A DNA stretch of 32,677 bases from assembly GCA_046726415.1 (NCBI GenBank), contig JBKPAK010000240.1:1-32677 (forward strand), given 5' to 3'. This DNA is from Candidatus Methylomirabilota bacterium. GTDB taxonomy: Bacteria; Methylomirabilota; Methylomirabilia; Rokubacteriales; CSP1-6. The notes beneath the pieces are model-generated. The model saw nothing but the letters and a program-made list of their open reading frames with translations, was not told where the DNA came from and made no database searches. A program made the position numbers and the translations under genes. This document shows positions 1-9,015 of this stretch, piece by piece. Position 1 is the stretch's first letter. Every line of letters begins with the position of its first letter.

Positions 1-861
1 GGTGTCCATGGCGTGGCGCTCGAGATACGGCCGGTACTGGCGCACGGTGAGGAGCTGCTCGCCGCCGCAGATCGGCGTGCGCGTGCCCGCGCGCAGCTCG
101 ACCAGGGCGTCGGCGTCCTGGTTGTCGATCTCGAGCCAGAAGAGCTTGAACGGCTCCAGCTCGCGCGCGAGGAGGAGCGCCTCGCTGGGCTTGAAGTTGA
201 CGTTTACGTCGAGGCAAATATCGATGGCCGGCCCCACCGCCTCCCGCATGGCGCCGATCTGCGCCACGGCCTGGTCGATGATCTCGCGCGGCGCGAGCTG
301 GTCGTGCGGGCCGACGCGGCCCTGGCTGATGCGGCGGGCGGGATTGCCGGGCCAGATGATATTGGTCTTAAACGCGGTGTAGCCCTTGGCCACCGCCTCC
401 CGCGCGCAGTCGGCGACATCAGCCATCGTTCGGAGGGGCTTGGCGCGGAAGAGCTCCCAGTTCTCGACGCGGTACGTCGCGCAGTGAGACCAGTACACGC
501 GCTGCCGCTCGCGGTGCGGGCCGCCCATGAGTCGCCAGACCGGGACGCCGAGCGCCTTGCCGGCCAGGTCCCACAGCGCGAGCTCGATCCCCGCGATGGC
601 CATCTGCGTCGCGCCGTACGCCGCTTGCCGCGTCCCGCGGTACATGTCGACGTAGTGCTTCTCGACGGCGGTCGGGTCCTTGCCCACGAGCCGTGCGCCG
701 AGGTCCTGCACGAGCCCGACCAGTCCACGGGTGATCCCGTCGCTGCCAAACTCGCTATAGCCCGTCAGACCCTCGTCGGTGCGGACCGCGCAGAACAGCC
801 ACGGCCGCGGCGGATTGAACCCGGTGTTCACGACAAATGTCTCGATCGCAGTGATTTTCAT
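1..861 (-). CDS. Mandelate racemase/muconate lactonizing enzyme (enolase superfamily, sugar-acid dehydratase-like), 3'-truncated by window edge
   Basis: Manual translation from ATG at 861 (GGAGG RBS): MKITAIETFVVNTGFNPPRPWLFCAVRTDEGLTGYSE...AIAGIELALWDLAGKALGVPVWRLMGG...GYTAFKT...LDVN...WLE...PICGGE. Not in the ORF track because there is no stop inside the window. Confidence 0.9.
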   Translation of the reverse strand, partial: MKITAIETFVVNTGFNPPRPWLFCAVRTDEGLTGYSEFGSDGITRGLVGLVQDLGARLVGKDPTAVEKHYVDMYRGTRQAAYGATQMAIAGIELALWDLAGKALGVPVWRLMGGPHRERQRVYWSHCATYRVENWELFRAKPLRTMADVADCAREAVAKGYTAFKTNIIWPGNPARRISQGRVGPHDQLAPREIIDQAVAQIGAMREAVGPAIDICLDVNVNFKPSEALLLARELEPFKLFWLEIDNQDADALVELRAGTRTPICGGEQLLTVRQYRPYLERHAMDT

Positions 862-1078
862 GGCGCCTCCCCGGCGGCATTACACCACATGACGAACGCG
901 GTCGGGCTCGGGAGCGGCGCCACGCGAAAGGACTCAGTCGGCGGCTCGCCTTCATGTCCGGGGGATGACGTGCGGGAGTCTTCAGAGTCCTCCGGCCATC
1001 GATATACTCACTGCGTCCGCGGACGCCTCCGTCCGCCGCCGGTCATCGCAGAAGCCGGTGACTCAGAAAGGAGTCGCG

Positions 1079-1480
1079 ATGGCGAAGTATCTCGAGGGGA
1101 CCGACACCCAGAAGAGCCGGGCGTACTCGCCGGCCGTCATCACCGAGGGCGGGCGCATCGTGTGGATGGCCGGCCAGACCGCGACGGTCGACGGCGACGG
1201 CAAGGACATCTCCGGCAACTTCGAGGCCCAGACGCATCGCGTTTTCGCGCTGATGGCAGAGACCTTACACCGCGCCGGCGGCACACTGGCCAACCTCGTC
1301 ACCATGACGGTCTTCGTCAAGGAGCCGCGCTACGGGGACCGCTTCGTCGAGCTGCGCAAACAGAAGTTCCCCGACGGCCACTACCCGGGCAGCGCGCTGA
1401 TCACGGTTGCGAACTTCGCGCGTCCCGGCATGGAGATCGAGATCCAGGCGATCGCCGTGATCGGCGACCGCGCGACCTAG
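1079..1480 (+). CDS. RidA/YjgF/YER057c/UK114 family protein
   Basis: YSPAV...IVWMAGQ...GNFEAQTHRVF...AGGTLANLVTMTVFV...YPGSALITV...IEIQAIAV; AAAGGAG RBS before ATG 1079. Confidence 0.9.
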   Translation: MAKYLEGTDTQKSRAYSPAVITEGGRIVWMAGQTATVDGDGKDISGNFEAQTHRVFALMAETLHRAGGTLANLVTMTVFVKEPRYGDRFVELRKQKFPDGHYPGSALITVANFARPGMEIEIQAIAVIGDRAT

Positions 1481-1525
1481 ACCATCGCGGCGGCCGCGAT
1501 CTCCGCGAGCAGCTCGGGCCGGTAC

Positions 1526-1560
1526 CAGATACACCTGGTCAGGAAGATCAGGTGTATCTG
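1526..1560. terminator. Perfect 12-bp inverted repeat between convergent ridA and groEL, probable bidirectional terminator
   Basis: CAGATACACCTG (1526-1537) / CAGGTGTATCTG (1549-1560); no U-tract. Confidence 0.55.
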
Positions 1561-1575
1561 ATCGAGGAGGCCAGG

Positions 1576-3559
<1,984 letters not shown>

Positions 3560-3621
3560 TGTGGAGGTACCTCCCTCTTCCCGGTGGTGTGAGCGCGGCT
3601 GGTGAAATTGTCCAGCGGGTG

Positions 3622-3647
3622 CAGTGTACCACCAAAATAGTACACTG
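3622..3647. promoter_or_regulatory. Inverted repeat CAGTGTAC-N10-GTACACTG, putative GntR operator overlapping a candidate extended -10 (TGgTACACT) of groES
   Basis: Perfect 8-bp arms seen directly; resembles the YtrA-type AGTGTA-Nx-TACACT operator. Confidence 0.6.
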
Positions 3648-3680
3648 AGACAATTATTCAAAACCCTCGACGACCGAGGC

Positions 3681-3726
3681 TTGACGATATTGATCTAGTG
3701 TACTATGATTGTCATACAGTATGACA
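3681..3726 (+). promoter_or_regulatory. Sigma70-type promoter of gntR (TTGACG-N17-TATGAT) overlapped by AGTGTA-N12-TACAGT and the palindrome TGTCATACAGTATGACA
   Basis: TTGACG 3681-3686, TATGAT 3704-3709, box 3697-3720, palindrome 3710-3726. Confidence 0.65.
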
Positions 3727-4797
3727 GTTGCCATGAACCTGCAGGTGGATGCGCACAGCCCGATCCCCATCCGGCGACAGCTGACGGAGCAGCTCAAGCA
3801 CGTCATCGAGTCCGGCGGCGTCCCGCGGGACCAAGCGCTGCCCAGCATCCGGGAGCTGGCCGGCTTTCTCAGCGTCAACCCGAATACCATCGCGCGCGTC
3901 ATCGAGGATCTCAAGCTGAGCGGACACGTGCAGGCTCGGCGGGGAAAGGGTGTGTTCGTGGCCCCGGCGCCGCCCGCCCGTCCCGCCATGCACCTCCGTG
4001 CAGGCTTCTTACAAGATACGGTGATCCGGGCGGCGGCCCTCGGGATGACCGCCGACGACGTGGCGGTGGGCGTGCTGAGCTTGGCCGGGGTCCGGCCCGT
4101 GGCCCTCCAGGGGGCTGTCGAGGTCCTCCTCGTGGAGTGCAGCCCGCCGGAGCTCGACTTCTTTGCCCGCCAACTCGAGGCCAACCTCCCGGTCCGCGTC
4201 GACCAGGTACTCCTCGGCGAGCTGGCGACGACCGTGCAGCGCCAGAAGCGACCCGGCCGCTGGGGCGCGGCGGTCACGAGCTTCTGCCATCTCCCGGAGG
4301 TGGAGCGGCTCCTCAGCGGCCGGGGGGTCCCGGTGATCGCGCTCCTCGCCGAGGCGCATCTCGAGACCCTCCACCGATTGGCCCAGCTCCCGTCGGGGAC
4401 GCGGGTGGGCGTGGCCTCCGCCGCCGTCGAGACCGCTCACAACCTGGAGCACTCGATCGCCAACGCCCGCCTGCCGAACATCGCGCTCGTCGGGGCGTGC
4501 CCCGCCGAGGGGGCCGCGCTGGCTCGCCTGCTGCGGCGAGTGGACGTCATCGTCTGTTCCACCGCGGCGGCCGAGCGGGTCCGGGGGCTCGCAGGCCCCG
4601 CGGTGCAGGTGATCATCGACGACCGAGCCCTCGACCCACGGGCGATCGAAATGCTCGCGACCCTTCTGGTGCGACAAAACGGTGACCGGGCGGCAGCCGC
4701 GCGGCCCGCCGCCCGGAGGCGCCTGCTCCCTCGTCCATCTAACGAGCGCACGGGGGCGCAGGGCGCGATGCGGGCACGTGATGCGGGTAAGCCATAA
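3721..4797 (+). CDS. GntR-family transcriptional regulator (YtrA-like wHTH plus a long C-terminal alpha/beta effector region); start at 3721 or 3733
   Basis: PIPIRRQLTEQLKHVIESG...LPSIRELAGFLSVNPNTIARVIEDLKLSGHVQARRGKGVFV is a GntR wHTH. Confidence 0.9.
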   Translation: MTVAMNLQVDAHSPIPIRRQLTEQLKHVIESGGVPRDQALPSIRELAGFLSVNPNTIARVIEDLKLSGHVQARRGKGVFVAPAPPARPAMHLRAGFLQDTVIRAAALGMTADDVAVGVLSLAGVRPVALQGAVEVLLVECSPPELDFFARQLEANLPVRVDQVLLGELATTVQRQKRPGRWGAAVTSFCHLPEVERLLSGRGVPVIALLAEAHLETLHRLAQLPSGTRVGVASAAVETAHNLEHSIANARLPNIALVGACPAEGAALARLLRRVDVIVCSTAAAERVRGLAGPAVQVIIDDRALDPRAIEMLATLLVRQNGDRAAAARPAARRRLLPRPSNERTGAQGAMRARDAGKP

Positions 4798-4818
4798 CGG
4801 GGTGAAGGAGGAAGAGTC

Positions 4819-5652
4819 ATGAGTTTCACTATGTTCGTGACGTGGGTTCTCGTGGGAGTGCTGGCCGGCGTGCTGGCCGGATTGGTCATGAAACGCGGAG
4901 GCTATGGCTTGAAGACTGACGTCGTCCTCGGTCTAGTCGGAAGCATCGGGGGATGCTGGATCTTCCGGGCCCTCGGGGTGTTCCCGGGAGCCGGGATCAT
5001 CGCCATGGCCGTCGTCGCGTGCATCGGAGCGGCCATCCCGATCGTCGCTCAACGCATGCTTCGGCCCACCGAGAGTGTTGGCGAAGAGAAGGCTGACATG
5101 TGGTGGAGGTGGGGGCTGGGCGCAGCGATCGTGGCTGTGGTGGCGTGGATGACCCTCGGCCCCGCGCCGCAGCCGGCAGCAACAGCCGCGGCGATCGAGG
5201 ACAAAACGTACACGGTGACGCCAGCCGCGATGAAGGTCAAGGCCGGGATGGTCACGGGCGAGGTCACGGAGATGAAGGTGACGGAGCGAGTCGAGCAGGG
5301 CTCGGGCCGTGTCGTCTCCGCGGCGAAGCTCACGGCGAAGGTCGTGCTGAAGAATAGCTCAGCGAACGAGACCGTCCGCCTCGTCGCAGGGACGATCCAG
5401 TACTTCGACGCCCAGGGGCAGCCGATCAAGCTCGAGGAGACCCGGACCGAGCCGACCCTCAAGTTCAACACGTACGGCGGCAGTGACCGGCTCGACCCCG
5501 GGCAGGAGGCCACCCAGTCGCTGGACGTGGACTTCCCCGCCGAGGCGCTGAAGGCCAAGAAGTTGAAGGAGATCCGCCTCGAGCTCGCCTACATCCCGTC
5601 ACCGTACCGCGAGGAGACCGTCCGCTTCATCGTGTCCATCGGCGGCCAGTGA
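4819..5652 (+). CDS. GlsB/YeaQ/YmgE (transglycosylase-associated) membrane domain fused to an extracytoplasmic Ig-like (FxLYD-like) domain
   Basis: N-term VLVGVLAGVLAGLVMKRGGYGLKTDVVLGLVGSIGG; C-term VVLKNSS...IQYFDAQGQPI...RLDPGQEATQSLDVDFP; GAAGGAGG RBS. Confidence 0.8.
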   Translation: MSFTMFVTWVLVGVLAGVLAGLVMKRGGYGLKTDVVLGLVGSIGGCWIFRALGVFPGAGIIAMAVVACIGAAIPIVAQRMLRPTESVGEEKADMWWRWGLGAAIVAVVAWMTLGPAPQPAATAAAIEDKTYTVTPAAMKVKAGMVTGEVTEMKVTERVEQGSGRVVSAAKLTAKVVLKNSSANETVRLVAGTIQYFDAQGQPIKLEETRTEPTLKFNTYGGSDRLDPGQEATQSLDVDFPAEALKAKKLKEIRLELAYIPSPYREETVRFIVSIGGQ

Positions 5653-5654
5653 AA

Positions 5655-5852
5655 ATGGATACGGGCGTGCTCGCTCGGATGGCGACCACAGGCATCTACC
5701 TGGTGAGCGGCGTCTCGCGCGACCTGCAGCGGGCCGCGCGCGTCCGCGCCGTACGTGAGGAGACGACCCTCCGCGCGGTGCTCGTGAAAGCCCTGGCGGA
5801 GTATGCGGCGGGAAACTGGACACCTGGCGAATCGCGCGAGTCGGCCCGTTGA
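5655..5852 (+). CDS. Small ribbon-helix-helix-like protein
   Basis: GIYLVSGV (strand), SRDLQRAARVRAVREE (helix), TTLRAVLVKALAEYAAG (helix); directly follows the upstream gene. Confidence 0.6.
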   Translation: MDTGVLARMATTGIYLVSGVSRDLQRAARVRAVREETTLRAVLVKALAEYAAGNWTPGESRESAR

Positions 5853-6025
5853 CCAGACCGGCTCGCGTGGCCTGGCTCGCGGGCTTCGCGCACCCGCGTG
5901 ACGTCCGTGCGGAGCCCGTGCTGGGTCTCGGCACCGGAAGCCCTCTAGTCTTTCCCTAGCGCCTGAGGATCATGCCGCTGTGACCAGATGGTCCCCGCTC
6001 GGCGACACGGCCCCGGGCCAGCAAC

Positions 6026-6196
6026 GTGCCGCTGCTGGGACTCGCGGGGGCCGCCCTGACCGGCTTAGTCCATCGAGACGTCGAGCTGGACAAGTGCTCG
6101 GGCTGCCAGGGGGTGTGGCTGGACTTCGGCGAGCTCGATCAGGTGGTGGCGGAGGACACCGGCTTCCTCGGCGCCGTGCGGAAGATCTTCACGTGA
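6026..6196 (+). pseudogene. zf-TFIIB zinc-ribbon protein with a damaged 5' end
   Basis: Manual translation GAALTGLVHRDVELDKCSGCQGVWLDFGELDQVVAEDTGFLGAVRKIFT*; the first CxxC is visible only across small indels (tgctgggactcgcggg). Confidence 0.7.
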
Positions 6197-6220
6197 ACGA
6201 CAGAAAGGCAGGCACTCTTC

Positions 6221-6496
6221 ATGTCTGAACACATCGCGCAGATGGGTCCGATGCTGATCCTCGCCGGGCTCATGGCCGGGTGGGTGGCCGAGGCGGTCTC
6301 ACGAGCGGACGGCTATGGGCTTATCCTCGATATGGTTCTCGGGCTCATCGGGAGTGTGGTCGTGGGCGCGACCGTCTGGGCCGTGATCTCCAGCGACGCA
6401 GGGATGCCGGCGACGTTCCTGATCGGGTGCGGAGGCGCGGCGCTCGCGATCGTCGCTCAGCGCAGGTGCTGGCGCTCCGCCCGACCCGGAACATGA
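6221..6496 (+). CDS. GlsB/YeaQ/YmgE family stress-response membrane protein
   Basis: LILAGLMAGWVAEAVSRADGYGLILDMVLGLIGSVVVG...GAALAIVAQR. Confidence 0.8.
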   Translation: MSEHIAQMGPMLILAGLMAGWVAEAVSRADGYGLILDMVLGLIGSVVVGATVWAVISSDAGMPATFLIGCGGAALAIVAQRRCWRSARPGT

Positions 6497-6579
6497 GCAT
6501 CATCGCGGCACTGTCGGGACACCTCCGCGCCCTGACTCCGGCCGGGCGGATCCCTCATCCGAACGCAGAGGAGACAACC

Positions 6580-7290
6580 ATGGACGATTTCCCGACGACA
6601 CGGGTTTCCCCGGTCACCATCGACGCGGCGGCCGAACGGGTGTCGGCCTTCCTCCGGACGGTGTACGGTTGGATGTTCGTGGGCCTGGGCGTCACGGCGG
6701 CCGTGGCGTATGCGGTTGCCAGTTCACCCGCCATCATGCAGACCCTGGCGTCGAATCACCCCCTCTTCGTCGGCACCCTCATCGCTGAGCTGGGGCTAGT
6801 GTTCTACCTGTCCGCGCGCGTGCAGCATCTGATGCCGAATGCCGCCATGGTGCTCTTTCTGCTCTACTCGGCGTTGAATGGGGTGACGCTGTCGGTCCTG
6901 TTACTGGCCTATACCGGGGGCTCCATCGCCACCACGTTCGTGGCCACGGCCGGGATGTTCGGGGCGCTGGCGGTGTTCGGCTCGACGACGAAGCGGAGTC
7001 TGGCCGGCGTCGGGCAGTTCCTCCACATGGGGCTCATCGGCCTGGTGCTCGCGTCGATCCTCGGCCTCTTCTGGCACAACGATGCGCTTCAGTTTCTCAT
7101 CTCCGTGGTCGGCGTCATTGTCTTCACGGGCTTGACGGCCTGGGACGCCCAGCGGCTGAAGCAGATGGCGGCACGACTGCCCCAGGGGCAGCACGGCTCG
7201 TACGCGATCGTGGGCGCGCTCTCCCTCTACCTGAACTTCGTCAACTTGTTCCTCATGCTGCTCCGCCTCCAGGGCGGGCGGAGGACGTGA
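6580..7290 (+). CDS. Bax inhibitor-1/YccA (YbhL/YetJ-like) membrane protein
   Basis: FLRTVYGWMFVGLGVTA, FLLYSALNGVTLS, GVIVFTGLTAWDAQRLK, GALSLYLNFVNLFL; 7 TM; GAGGAG RBS. Confidence 0.93.
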   Translation: MDDFPTTRVSPVTIDAAAERVSAFLRTVYGWMFVGLGVTAAVAYAVASSPAIMQTLASNHPLFVGTLIAELGLVFYLSARVQHLMPNAAMVLFLLYSALNGVTLSVLLLAYTGGSIATTFVATAGMFGALAVFGSTTKRSLAGVGQFLHMGLIGLVLASILGLFWHNDALQFLISVVGVIVFTGLTAWDAQRLKQMAARLPQGQHGSYAIVGALSLYLNFVNLFLMLLRLQGGRRT

Positions 7291-7327
7291 GCCGCGAGGC
7301 GCAGGAGAGTTCACCACGAGGTGCGGG

Positions 7328-7600
7328 ATGAGATGGCACATGGAGTTCTACCACGAGAGGCGAGGGATCCTGGCGCACTATGACATTGAAGCACCGTCGC
7401 CCGCCGCGGCGGTCCTGGTAGGTCGAAAGGCAGTTCTCGCCGAGCATCCATCGACTCCAGCGCGCGGGAGGCTGAGTCTATTCGAGCGGGCCGAGCGCAC
7501 CGGAGGGCATGACGGCAGCGGGTGGATCCTCTACCGAATCGTGAAGGACAACGGTAAAGGATCAGCCGACACGGCACCGGCTGACGTCCTCGCTGTGTAG
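7328..7600 (+). CDS. Hypothetical protein, 90 aa
   Basis: GAGGTG RBS, co-oriented with the operon, protein-like composition. Confidence 0.6.
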   Translation: MRWHMEFYHERRGILAHYDIEAPSPAAAVLVGRKAVLAEHPSTPARGRLSLFERAERTGGHDGSGWILYRIVKDNGKGSADTAPADVLAV

Positions 7601-7681
7601 AGGGCGCTCTGGGGTCAGCCACCCTGGTCTCGATTCCCATGGACGGGCCGGCGCCTTCCTGGCTGTGAAAGGAGAAACAAC

Positions 7682-8020
7682 ATGATCACGCGGTACAACA
7701 CGGTACTTGCTCTTGCCCTGATGGTCCTCGTCGCGCTCGCCGCCCCGCGGACGGCCGACGGCCAGGTCCCCACCGCCGCCGATTTCGCCGGCTGCAATGC
7801 CGAAGCGCTCGAAGCGGTCAAGGCTGGGACTTCCTCGCCGACCAAGGGCGACCACGTCCGAGCCGATCGCGCCCGCGCCGTGACCACGAAGTCCGTCGAC
7901 TTCACGAGCACAGTCGTCCAGTCGTCCGATCCGCAAATCCACGGTATGGAGGCGGAGGGCGCCAAGGAGGCCACGTATCAGGCCGCCTATCGCAGTTGCA
8001 TGAGACGGAAGGGCTTTTGA
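7682..8020 (+). CDS. Secreted hypothetical protein with two cysteines
   Basis: AAAGGAG RBS; signal peptide LALALMVLVALAAPRTADG; ADFAGCNAEA...YQAAYRSCMRRKGF. Confidence 0.75.
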   Translation: MITRYNTVLALALMVLVALAAPRTADGQVPTAADFAGCNAEALEAVKAGTSSPTKGDHVRADRARAVTTKSVDFTSTVVQSSDPQIHGMEAEGAKEATYQAAYRSCMRRKGF

Positions 8021-8074
8021 GGGGCGCGGAACCGGCGGCCTGCCCGGTGAAGGAGAGCGGGGCCGCCACGGGAA

Positions 8075-8860
8075 TCAGCCGGTTGTCCGCGTCGGCACCC
8101 GCCTGAGCGGAAGGCCGCGCGCCGCCGATTCGCGCGCCCACGCCACCGGCGGTCCAACGATGACGAGCAGGCGCAGGGCGGCGAGCGCGCGGATGACCGG
8201 CCACGACGGATCGAATTCCGCGCCGCGGACACTGAACTTTGCCGAGCGCGGATGGGCGTGGTGGTTGTTGTGCAGGCTCTCGCCGCCGCTGACCCATGCG
8301 AAGAAGCGCGAGTTGTACGCCGTGTTCTCGAAGTTCTGACGACCGTGCCAGTGGCCGAGCCCATTGATCAGGGGCGCGAGCACGAAGACGTAGAGAACGG
8401 CGTGGGTGAGGCCAGCGATGAGGCCAGGCCCGAACCCGATGACGACACACAGCAGGGTCAGGCCGACGCCGACGCCCAGGAGGCCGCAGGAGAACACGGC
8501 CCGATCGAGACGATCCTCGGGCAGATCCGGGGCGAACGTGGCGATGGTGTGCGCGTTCCGGCACTCCCGCACGTAGTAGTAGACGTTGAAGAGCTGGACG
8601 CGCCAGAAGCCGAGCAGCCGCGGGCTGTGCGGGTCCCCTGCGCGGTCGGTGAAGGCGTGATGCTTGCGGTGAACGGCGACCCAGTGTTGTCGACGTTGGC
8701 CGGTGGTCAGCCACAGAATGACGCGAAAGACGACGTCGGCCGCCGGGTGCAGGCGCAGGGACCGGTGCGCCAACGCCCGATGCAGGTAGATCGATGTCGC
8801 GATGACGGCGATCTGAGTCAGCGCCACCGCGACAATCGGTATCGCCCACGCTCGGTTCAT
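8075..8860 (-). CDS. Membrane fatty acid (delta-9 acyl-CoA type) desaturase
   Basis: His boxes YLHRALAH, VHRKHH and LHNNHH; GDPHSP; INGLGHW. Confidence 0.93.
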   Translation of the reverse strand: MNRAWAIPIVAVALTQIAVIATSIYLHRALAHRSLRLHPAADVVFRVILWLTTGQRRQHWVAVHRKHHAFTDRAGDPHSPRLLGFWRVQLFNVYYYVRECRNAHTIATFAPDLPEDRLDRAVFSCGLLGVGVGLTLLCVVIGFGPGLIAGLTHAVLYVFVLAPLINGLGHWHGRQNFENTAYNSRFFAWVSGGESLHNNHHAHPRSAKFSVRGAEFDPSWPVIRALAALRLLVIVGPPVAWARESAARGLPLRRVPTRTTG

Positions 8861-9015
8861 GCGGATACCTCCCTCAAGGAGATCGGCGGGCCGCCGCGCG
8901 GGGGTTCCCGTGAACCGATATCCAGATCAGACAATGGGAAACGATACCACAATACTATATAAGAGCTAGATGGAATATAATTTACGCAGTGGTCGCCCCC
9001 CTGGCGATGCTTGGT

